Below, piece after piece: positions 9,060 to 16,332 of a stretch of DNA of 17,825 bases (position 1 is the first letter of the stretch; every line of letters begins with the position of its first letter). The DNA comes from Verrucomicrobiales bacterium (GTDB lineage: Bacteria; Verrucomicrobiota; Verrucomicrobiia; Verrucomicrobiales; SLCJ01). Made by a program: the position numbers and the translations under genes. The stretch spans positions 1-17,825 of the forward strand of contig JBJTQJ010000065.1 of NCBI GenBank assembly GCA_046075565.1, written 5' to 3'. The notes under the pieces are model-generated. The model was not told the DNA's origin. It made no database searches and was given only the letters and a program-made list of their open reading frames with translations.

Positions 9060-9140
9060 GGTGTGAGTCTGTCAATCGGTTGACTGTCGAAATGGTTGGA
9101 AAGTTGGACTGAGATCAGGGTGTTTCCGTTCAAACCCGGA

Positions 9141-10121
9141 TCAGGCTGCTGGTTTCACCTCTTCCTCCGAGGCCTTTTTCGGGATCTCCCAAGCGGTGCG
9201 CCAATTGCTTTGCTTGGGCTGGAATCCACGCTCGATGAGGCGTTTCTCCATGTCGGGGAAATGACCGGCTCCGTAGAAAATCCCGAGGTTCTTTTTTCCT
9301 CCCGCGACCTGCTCGTCAAATCTGTCGAGGGCAACTTTGTTACGTTCGGTGATGATGACGCTGCCGCCTTTCTCATCCTCCATGTGGGACATGAGGCGCT
9401 CGGCCTGCTCCATCTGCCGGCCCATGATGAGCTTTAAATCAGTGGCGTCGCCGCCCCGTGAAGCCTTGTAAAGTGCCGCCAGCATGGCAATGCTTTCCCG
9501 CATTCCGGGTTGCTTGATACCCTGCTTCCGTTGCTCCCTCGCCAGTTTATCCTGCGCTTTTATCGAGCCCTGCAGCATCGTGAAAAGATTCTCACCTTTC
9601 TCTTTCTGCAGTTCCCGGAATTTTTCCCATGAGACATCGGCATGAAGCAAATTCGCGGGTGTGTAATCCACATGGGCCATTTGATGCTGGAGTTTGAGGA
9701 CATCCAGAAGCGCGAGTTGCGAACCTTTCAGGATCTTCGCCGTCATGTCTTCTTTTTTCGGATTCGCCTTTGCGTTCCCATCCTCCTCCTTCTTTTCCTC
9801 GAGCTCCTCCGGTTTCCCGACCAGTTCATACAACAGGACTTCGTAGCCTTTGAAAAGCTCGTTCAGGCCTTTGAAGTAAGCCTCGTCGGCGATATGGACC
9901 GCTCCGATCAATTCCACCTTCACCCCGTTCGCATTCTCATAGGTCGTGACCGAGGTCTGCAAACGAGCGGTGTCGTCGTCTTCAATGAAGCGGATGAACG
10001 AATTCTCCGGCTGGGCCGGTGCGTCCGGAGCAGGCGCGGCATCCTCCGCGCGCGCCAATCCGGCGCCGGTCACGGCAACAGCGAGGGCGCGGCCCAGGAT
10101 TCGGGGTAGTTTGTGTTTCAT
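9141..10121 (-). CDS. Exported TraB/GumN(Tiki)-like hypothetical protein
   Basis: Signal peptide (..ARA-ED); LIGAVHIAD, VLLYE, IITERN and IFYGAGHFPDM resemble TraB-superfamily metal-site motifs. Start uncertain (10121 or 10130). Confidence 0.65.
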   Translation of the reverse strand: MKHKLPRILGRALAVAVTGAGLARAEDAAPAPDAPAQPENSFIRFIEDDDTARLQTSVTTYENANGVKVELIGAVHIADEAYFKGLNELFKGYEVLLYELVGKPEELEEKKEEDGNAKANPKKEDMTAKILKGSQLALLDVLKLQHQMAHVDYTPANLLHADVSWEKFRELQKEKGENLFTMLQGSIKAQDKLAREQRKQGIKQPGMRESIAMLAALYKASRGGDATDLKLIMGRQMEQAERLMSHMEDEKGGSVIITERNKVALDRFDEQVAGGKKNLGIFYGAGHFPDMEKRLIERGFQPKQSNWRTAWEIPKKASEEEVKPAA

Positions 10122-10265
10122 ACCCCGCATAACGACGCTCGTTGGCCTGATTGTTTGGATTTTCCCATTCAAATGTCGTTCGACTGGTCGGCGGGTTTTC
10201 CCTGGTCCCGCCGGCGCCCGAAAAAATCTTTGAATAAGGGCGAATTACCCCGCGTCCCACTCACC

Positions 10266-10553
10266 ATGAAAAACCGCCTTATCGCCGCCGCCGTAGCCCT
10301 CGGGCTTGCCATCAGCTCCACATCTTGCATGACCACCTACGATGCCTACGGGCGTCCCGTCCAGACCGTGGATCCCGGGTTGGCCGTGGCTGGTATTGCT
10401 GCGGCTGGGCTCATCGGGTATGCCATTGCCGAGGGTAATGATAACGACTGCCATGACAACTATTACCGGGGCGGATACCATAGGCCGTACTACGACCATG
10501 GGTGCTATCGTCCTAGTTACTCCAGTTGCGATTCCGACTACTGGGATTGGTAA
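10266..10553 (+). CDS. Small lipoprotein with Tyr/Gly/Asp-rich tail
   Basis: MKNRLIAAAVALGLAISSTS-C lipoprotein-type signal, glycine-rich hydrophobic segment GLAVAGIAAAGLIGYAIA, low-complexity C-terminus. Confidence 0.72.
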   Translation: MKNRLIAAAVALGLAISSTSCMTTYDAYGRPVQTVDPGLAVAGIAAAGLIGYAIAEGNDNDCHDNYYRGGYHRPYYDHGCYRPSYSSCDSDYWDW

Positions 10554-10574
10554 TCACTTTCGGGGCGTTTCCGC

Positions 10575-11771
10575 TCAGCCCGCGTAAACCCGGCCCTTCC
10601 ACAAAATCTTTCCGCTTGCCGCCCATCTCCAGCTATTCAGCGCGATGGCCAAGGCAAGTAGATAGGCGAAGGGATGAAAGGGAATCGCGGCAAGGCTGGT
10701 GCGGAAACGCCAAGTCAGGATCAGGCGCATGACCAAAAGACAACCGACCTGTCCGACGGCCCAAACCTGACCGGGCATCGGGAGCAAGGCGAAAACAAAC
10801 GGCCCGATGAACATTGCTGCCTGCACCAGACCCGACGCGACAAAGGCAATGGCATTCGTGCCGAAAACCGGACGCAGGTTTTTGCTGAACCCCGCCCACA
10901 CTTCGCCGAACGAGCGATACATGCGGCAGCGCACGATTTCCCCGCCATCGCAATTGACCAAACGTTCGCCGTCTGCCGTCCGCTCCATGACCAAACGCCC
11001 GAGCGCGACATCCTCGACGAGATGGTTTTTCACCGCCACGTGTCCACCGATGTTGTCGTAGGTTTTCCGTTGGAAGAGGATGAACTGCCCGTTTGCCGCC
11101 CCGAGTGCGGCCATGCCCTTGCGTCCGGAAAGCCGCGCCAGCCATGGCCAACGCAAACACAGAGTCACGAATACCTGCGGGAGCAGCGCGTGGGTGAGGA
11201 TGTATAGCAAGGGTATGACGAGTTTTTCCGACCAGGTGGAGGTGATCTGCCGCGGCCAGGCGGATAACAGACCGGCATTTTGCCGGATCCCCGTTTCGAC
11301 CGCAGCCCGCACCGAATGTGGGGCATGAAGGGTATCGGCATCGGTGAAAAGCAACCACTCGCCTTTCGCCGCACCCGCGAGTTGATGGCAGGCCCAGGGT
11401 TTGCCCGCCCAACCTTCCGGTAATTCGGTGCCGCGGATCATGCGGAACTTCCCATGGGGATTTTGCTCCGCTTCCACGAATCCGCATTCAAGAATGAGCG
11501 AAGCCGTGGCATCTTCCGAACGATCCTCAAGCACAAGAACCTCGAAATTCGGATCGTCCTGCGCCTTCAACGATTCCAAGCAGGCCCGGATGTTCATTTC
11601 CTCGTTCCGCGCGGGCACGAGAATCGAAACCAACGGGGTAGGGGAGCCGTTGCCACGTTTCGGTTCGGCGTCACGTGAAGCCCGAGCTCGGGGAAAAACC
11701 AGCACATTGAGCATCGTGCCAAGGGTGATCCAGGCGAGCAATCCAAAGAGAATGATTTGATAGAGAGTCAC
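10575..11771 (-). CDS. Family 2 glycosyltransferase, CrtQ/CruC/HpnB-like (carotenoid or hopanoid glycosylation)
   Basis: N-terminal TM; SILVPARNEE, GWAGKPWAC, FTDADT, ANGQFILF, GGH, LVEDVALG, CRMY, GFSKN, C-terminal TMs and WKGR.Y. Confidence 0.85.
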   Translation of the reverse strand: MTLYQIILFGLLAWITLGTMLNVLVFPRARASRDAEPKRGNGSPTPLVSILVPARNEEMNIRACLESLKAQDDPNFEVLVLEDRSEDATASLILECGFVEAEQNPHGKFRMIRGTELPEGWAGKPWACHQLAGAAKGEWLLFTDADTLHAPHSVRAAVETGIRQNAGLLSAWPRQITSTWSEKLVIPLLYILTHALLPQVFVTLCLRWPWLARLSGRKGMAALGAANGQFILFQRKTYDNIGGHVAVKNHLVEDVALGRLVMERTADGERLVNCDGGEIVRCRMYRSFGEVWAGFSKNLRPVFGTNAIAFVASGLVQAAMFIGPFVFALLPMPGQVWAVGQVGCLLVMRLILTWRFRTSLAAIPFHPFAYLLALAIALNSWRWAASGKILWKGRVYAG

Positions 11772-11801
11772 GCGTGCGAGACCTAACGTCCACCGGGCAC
11801 T

Positions 11802-14732
11802 TTAGGAAACCCGGCCATCCTTTCCAAGCGAAAGATATTTACCCGTCGGCGTGCCGGCCGCAATGAGGGCCTCCGGTGGCCCTGACGCGATGATTTGTCC
11901 TCCTGCCGGTCCGCCATCCGGGCCGAGTTCAATGACCCAGTCGGCGAGGCGGATCACATCGAGCTGGTGTTCGACCACGAGCACGCTATGCCCTTGATCA
12001 CGCAGGGCGAAAAGATTGTCGAGCAGGAGCTGGATGTCGGCGAAGTGCAGTCCGGTTGTCGGCTCATCGAGCAGATAGAGCGTGCGTGGCCCGGCTTTAC
12101 GCGCGAGTTCGGCCGCGAGTTTGAGGCGCTGCGCCTCGCCGCCGGATAGCGTGTCGCACGGTTGACCCAGACGTAGGTAGCCGAGTCCGGCCCGACGCAG
12201 CGACTCGAGTTTTCGCGCGACATCGGAGATCGCCCCAAAGAAGTCGCGGGCCTCATCCACCGTGAGGTCGAGCACCCGGGAAATGTCTCGCCCTTTGAAA
12301 GTCACTTCCAGCGTTTCGCGGTTGAAACGGCGACCACCGCAACTCTCACAGGGGATTTCCACATCGGCCAGAAAATGCATATCTACTCGCTGGCTGCCCT
12401 GACCTTGACAGGTTTCGCAACGTCCACCCGGTCTGTTGAAGGAAAAACGCGCCGAGGTGTAACCCCGCGCCCGCGCGGCCGGGGTTTGCGCAAAGAGCGA
12501 GCGGATGAGATCGAAGGCACCCGTGAAGGTGGCCGGATTGCTGCGCTGGCTCCGTCCGATCGGGGACTGATCAATGGGGATCAATTTGTCGATTTGTGCG
12601 ACTCCCTCCAGCCCGTCGAAATCCAGCGGTGCCGGGCCGCCCTGCCCGAGGCGGTTGGAGAGCGCCGGACAAAGAGTGTCCATGATCAAGGTCGATTTGC
12701 CCGAGCCCGAGACCCCGGCCACCGCGACAAGGCAGCCGAGCGGGATGGAAAGATCCACCGACTTCAGGTTGTGACCGCGCGCGCCGGTGAGGGATATCCA
12801 CCCCGGGCGTTCCTTGCCCGCAAACAAATCGCCATCGTCCGGCGGACGCCGCCGACCCGGTGCGGAGATACTTTGTTCGCCCCGCAGGTAGGCACCGGTC
12901 AAGGAACGCGGGGCCAGCGACGACTCTGCGAGCAGCGGCCCCAACGGACCACTGTAGAGCAATTCACCCCCGCGATGACCCGCCCCGGGGCCGATGTCCA
13001 CTAGATGGTCCGCCGCCTTCAAGGTGTCGGCATCGTGTTCGACCACGACAATCGTGTTGCCGAGTGCGCGTAGTCCGTGCAACGAGTCTAACAAACGGTC
13101 GTTGTCCCTCTGGTGCAAGCCGACCGAAGGTTCGTCGAGCACGTAGAGCACGCCGGAGAGTCCGCTCCCGATTTGTGTGGCGAGGCGGATGCGTTGGAAT
13201 TCGCCACCCGACAAGGTCGCGGCCTCGCGGTCGAGGGTGAGGTAACCAAGGCCGACTTCATGGAGAAACCGCAGCCGCTGCCGGATCTCGCGGGTCAATG
13301 GCCCGGCGAAGCTTTCCTGCGCCGGCGTGATGGGGAATCGGTCCATCCATGCCAATGCTTCCTCGACCGTCATCGCACACCATCGATCAATCGAAATCGC
13401 GTCTTCGCCATGACTGAGCGTGACCGCGAGCACCCATGGCAAGAGTCGGCGTCCCCCGCATTCCGAACACGGGCGGTGCGCGACGAATCTTCCCAAATGA
13501 CGCCGCAAGGTTTCCGAACGCGCGGCATCCAGCAGCCCCTGCAACTGCGCCAGCAGGCCCTCGAAGGGCTTCTCGATCGAGCGGCTCCCCGGTCCGGTGT
13601 TCCAGCCGGTGGGGATGGCGCGTCCGTCCGTGCCGTGGAAAAGTTCATGACGGAACTTTTCGGGCAGACTGGCGAAGGGTTGGTCGCGGGCCACGCCATG
13701 ATATTTGGCCAGCGCGTCGATTTCCCGTTTCCAGAACCCGACCATCTTCGTCTTGTGCGCCGGCCACCAGCATTTCACCGCGCCGTCATCCAGGGAACGC
13801 GAGGGATCGGGCACGAGGCGGGCCGGATCCGGTCCCGGCACCGAGCCGATGCCATGGCAAACCGGACAAGCACCCTGCGGGGAATTGAAGGAGAAATGCC
13901 GCGGACTCGGCTCCGGCAATGTGAATCCCGTTTCCGGATTCGTGAACGACGTGGGAAAGATTTCTTCCGTCCATCCCGCAGCGCCGGTGGCTTGTGTTAG
14001 GGCGAGCACGCGGTGCGGCGACCATCTCCGCGCCGTTTCCACCGAATCCGTAATGCGCGATTCAAGTCCCTCCTTCACCACCAATCGATCCACGACAATT
14101 TCCACCTTGGTCCCGGCGGGAAATTTCTTCACCGGCATCTCCTCGATTTCCAGAATTTCTCCGTTCAATCGCGCCCGCACGAATCCCTGCCGCTTCAAAT
14201 GATCGCGCAAAGCTGCCGGATCGGCGAGACGTTCCTTTTCCTCAATCGGAGCGAGCAGGATCAGTTTTGTGCCGGGCGGCCTGCCCAACAAACCCGCGCA
14301 AATATCGGGGGTGGTCAGCCTCCGCAGGGGGGCTCCCGTCTCCGGGTCATGCGGGACTCCGAGGCTCGCGTAGAGCACCCGCAGGTAATCGTGAATCTCC
14401 GTCAGTGTCGCAATGGTCGAACGCGGGTTCGGCGCGGCCGCCCGCTGGTCAATCGCGATGGCCGGAGTCAGACCTTCAATCCGATCGACATCCGGCTTTT
14501 CCATCCGGTCGAGAAACTGCCTCGCGTAAGCCGACAACGATTCCACATAGCGCCGCTGCCCCTCCGCGTAAAGAGTGTCAAAGGCCAGGGACGACTTGCC
14601 GGACCCGGAAACCCCGCTGATGACCGTGAGCCGGCCTTTGGGCACATCGAGATCGATGCCCTTGAGATTATGGGTCCGCGCCCCGCGGATGGATATCTGG
14701 CCGCCTTCGTGCACCCTCACACGATGGCGCAT
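11802..14732 (-). CDS. uvrA: Excinuclease ABC subunit A
   Basis: GARTHNLK, two GVSGSGKS Walker A motifs, EGQRRYVESLSAYARQFL, FSFNSPQGACPVC, two LSGGE signatures, DEPS/DEPT, FSFN..GGRCETCQG. Start ATG 14732 or GTG 14714 rather than 14864. Confidence 0.96.
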   Translation of the reverse strand: MRHRVRVHEGGQISIRGARTHNLKGIDLDVPKGRLTVISGVSGSGKSSLAFDTLYAEGQRRYVESLSAYARQFLDRMEKPDVDRIEGLTPAIAIDQRAAAPNPRSTIATLTEIHDYLRVLYASLGVPHDPETGAPLRRLTTPDICAGLLGRPPGTKLILLAPIEEKERLADPAALRDHLKRQGFVRARLNGEILEIEEMPVKKFPAGTKVEIVVDRLVVKEGLESRITDSVETARRWSPHRVLALTQATGAAGWTEEIFPTSFTNPETGFTLPEPSPRHFSFNSPQGACPVCHGIGSVPGPDPARLVPDPSRSLDDGAVKCWWPAHKTKMVGFWKREIDALAKYHGVARDQPFASLPEKFRHELFHGTDGRAIPTGWNTGPGSRSIEKPFEGLLAQLQGLLDAARSETLRRHLGRFVAHRPCSECGGRRLLPWVLAVTLSHGEDAISIDRWCAMTVEEALAWMDRFPITPAQESFAGPLTREIRQRLRFLHEVGLGYLTLDREAATLSGGEFQRIRLATQIGSGLSGVLYVLDEPSVGLHQRDNDRLLDSLHGLRALGNTIVVVEHDADTLKAADHLVDIGPGAGHRGGELLYSGPLGPLLAESSLAPRSLTGAYLRGEQSISAPGRRRPPDDGDLFAGKERPGWISLTGARGHNLKSVDLSIPLGCLVAVAGVSGSGKSTLIMDTLCPALSNRLGQGGPAPLDFDGLEGVAQIDKLIPIDQSPIGRSQRSNPATFTGAFDLIRSLFAQTPAARARGYTSARFSFNRPGGRCETCQGQGSQRVDMHFLADVEIPCESCGGRRFNRETLEVTFKGRDISRVLDLTVDEARDFFGAISDVARKLESLRRAGLGYLRLGQPCDTLSGGEAQRLKLAAELARKAGPRTLYLLDEPTTGLHFADIQLLLDNLFALRDQGHSVLVVEHQLDVIRLADWVIELGPDGGPAGGQIIASGPPEALIAAGTPTGKYLSLGKDGRVS

Positions 14733-14815
14733 CCCAACCGCCGGGCAAGAGCGGAGGAGGGGGCGAAACTGGCACCAATTGAAATATTGCCGTAAACCAA
14801 CTTGGTCTTGCGCCC

Positions 14816-14998
14816 TAGATGACATGAGGTTGTCAGGCGGGCGTGGAATCTGCCAACCTGACAACCGTCATGAAACATTACAAAATCACCAATACCGAAT
14901 CCTACGAATCGATCAAGCTCGGGATCGAAGCCCACGCGAAGCGCTATTACGTCGCCCGGCAACTCGACGGGGCTACCCCGCAACCAGTTCAGAAGATG
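14816..14998 (+). mobile_element. IS110-family element remnant (left end plus 5' transposase stub)
   Basis: 15-bp bulged hairpin at 14823-14872 runs into an ORF start resembling IS110 DEDD recombinase N-termini. The left boundary (TAGATG, about 14816) is an estimate. Confidence 0.62.
14870..14998 (+). pseudogene. Truncated IS110-family transposase (43 codons)
   Basis: MKHYKITNTESYESIKLGIEAHAKRYYVARQLDGATPQPVQKM. IKLGI(D>E)xH...V.RQ.D...PQP.QK matches my recollection of verrucomicrobial IS110 N-termini; similarity stops where repeat R1 begins. Confidence 0.68.
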
Positions 14999-15098
14999 GA
15001 ATTCGCTTTTGGCGGGCATGCCTTGCAACAGCGATTGAGGCGGGCCGGCCTGTCGGCCGTAGCCTTGGCGAAGGCTGGAGGGCGGGAAAAGGGGGTTG
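14998..15098. repeat. ~100-bp direct repeat, copy R1
   Basis: GGAATTCGCTTTTGG + 28 nt variable + 46-nt core CGGGCCGGCCTGTCGGCCGTAGCCTTGGCGAAGGCTGGAGGGCGGG (15041-15086), 45/46 identical to R2. Confidence 0.92.
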
Positions 15099-15107
15099 CC
15101 CAGCGCT

Positions 15108-15851
15108 TCAGGTCGCCGAACGCCTTCTCCGAACCAACCCGCCGAATCCAATGCCCAGACCAAGCATCGCGAATGTCGACGGCTCGGGAACGACGGTAAC
15201 CGAGATGTTGTCGATCCGATTCGAGCCAGTCGCGGCAGATGCGGCCGTCTCGCTGTTGGTAAATCGCAAAACCAGATTGGCCTGATTGTCAGCTGACACG
15301 GGCAGGGCGAACGTGTTCGTGTAAAGAGCGTTGTAGGTAGTGGACGACCACGTGCCCGGAGCGCCACCGCCCCCCGATTGCAGCACGCTGTAGGAAAAAA
15401 GGTCCGTGAAGGAGTTTCCGTTCGTGCTCATCTGCAGTTTGAACGCCGTCGGCCCCGTCGAACTTCTCGCCTGATCCCAACTCACGATAAGACTGGTGTA
15501 GCCCGTCGTCGGCAGCCCGACCTCGTAGTAGTCGCCCGGCGACCAGTTGTTGCTCGAGAACGAATACTGGGAGCCGTTTCCAGCTGGCGAGGTGTAGGTA
15601 GCGGCGGCAAGCGTGTGAAAAGCGGACAGGATGGCCGAAGGGTTACCGGCCAGGTCACCCGCAGACGGGGTGCCGGCCGCGCTCGGGGTGTTTGGCGGAA
15701 GATACGAGGTGCCTGAGGGCACGTTCCCCGTCCCGGTCGGGAAAGCAATAGGCATCTGCCAGGAAGCCACAGTGGTCGCGGCGTTGGCGGCAGCGGAGAC
15801 GGCAAGCATCAGGCTGATTGCCAGACGACGGACATTGGATTTGGTTTTCAT
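15108..15851 (-). CDS. PEP-CTERM sorting domain surface protein
   Basis: Signal peptide (..ANA-AT), Ser/Thr-rich beta domain ending RIDNISV, then VPEPSTFAMLGLGIGFGGLVRRRR (PEP, TM helix, Arg cluster). Confidence 0.93.
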   Translation of the reverse strand: MKTKSNVRRLAISLMLAVSAAANAATTVASWQMPIAFPTGTGNVPSGTSYLPPNTPSAAGTPSAGDLAGNPSAILSAFHTLAAATYTSPAGNGSQYSFSSNNWSPGDYYEVGLPTTGYTSLIVSWDQARSSTGPTAFKLQMSTNGNSFTDLFSYSVLQSGGGGAPGTWSSTTYNALYTNTFALPVSADNQANLVLRFTNSETAASAATGSNRIDNISVTVVPEPSTFAMLGLGIGFGGLVRRRRSAT

Positions 15852-15907
15852 TGTATCTTCGAGTGTTGTCTAGAGCGTTTGTTTCAAACGCCGCTCTTTT
15901 CCATAAA

Positions 15908-15936
15908 ATAATACACGATGCCGCCCGCGGCTTCAA
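15908..15936 (-). promoter_or_regulatory. Putative sigma70-type promoter of the PEP-CTERM gene
   Basis: Minus strand TTGAAG-17 nt-TATTAT with an upstream T-rich tract; leader contains hairpin GCGTTTG-AAA-CAAACGC (15875-15891). Confidence 0.55.
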
Positions 15937-16018
15937 GAAAAAATGCAAAACCGCGCAATTTATCCGGCAGGAGGCCGTCAGCGCGGCGGAATCGCGGTGG
16001 TCAGGGTTCCGGCTGCTA

Positions 16019-16120
16019 GGAATTCGCTTTTGGGGTGAAGGCCGTTGAAAGAGCCGGTGGCCGGGCCGGCCTGTCGGCCGCAGCCTTGGCGAAGGCTGGA
16101 GGGCGGGGAAATGAGGGTTG
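16019..16120. repeat. ~100-bp direct repeat, copy R2
   Basis: GGAATTCGCTTTTGG + 28 nt variable + 46-nt core (16062-16107); same orientation as R1, offset 1021 bp. Confidence 0.92.
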
Positions 16121-16153
16121 ACGTGGAGCGGGGACGGGGTGTGAGGGGGTTTG

Positions 16154-16331
16154 GTTGATAAGTCAACTTTAGGTAGACTTTCTTTTCCGCAGCGTAGCCT
16201 TCGGTTTTCGGGCGCCCCTACTTCGGGGAGCCGGCACGGAGGAGAGTTTGATCCTCTCACAAGCTCCGCGCTTTTTGTCGCTAGGATGCGTGGACGAGCC
16301 TACGGGCCGTCCTTGGCGAGGGCAAAAAGCG
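16154..16331. other. Structured non-coding segment (back-to-back stem-loops)
   Basis: Helices at 16160-16180, 16211-16232, 16237-16268 and 16269-16331 found by eye; function and strand unknown. Confidence 0.5.
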
Positions 16332-16332
16332 G

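Noticed and set aside
14733-14864. 44-aa N-terminal extension of UvrA in the ORF track
   Set aside because: Overlaps the IS110-like left-end hairpin; UvrA homology starts near ISIRGARTHNLK.
14843-15199. 118-aa ORF as a functional gene
   Set aside because: Chimera of the transposase stub, translated repeat R1 and antisense PEP-CTERM sequence.
14998-16120. R1/R2 as integron attC sites or CRISPR repeats
   Set aside because: No RYYYAAC/GTTRRRY boxes, no integrase or cas genes in the window, 1-kb spacing and only two copies.
16242-16270. GAGAG-TTTGATC-CTCTC as a tRNA/tmRNA T-arm, or AGAGTTTGATCCT as a 16S rRNA 5' end
   Set aside because: Loop lacks TTCG, no matching acceptor 5' strand, cloverleaf or CCA. 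The 16S-like match is 13 nt and is not followed by GGCTCAG. A very decayed att-site fragment cannot be fully excluded.
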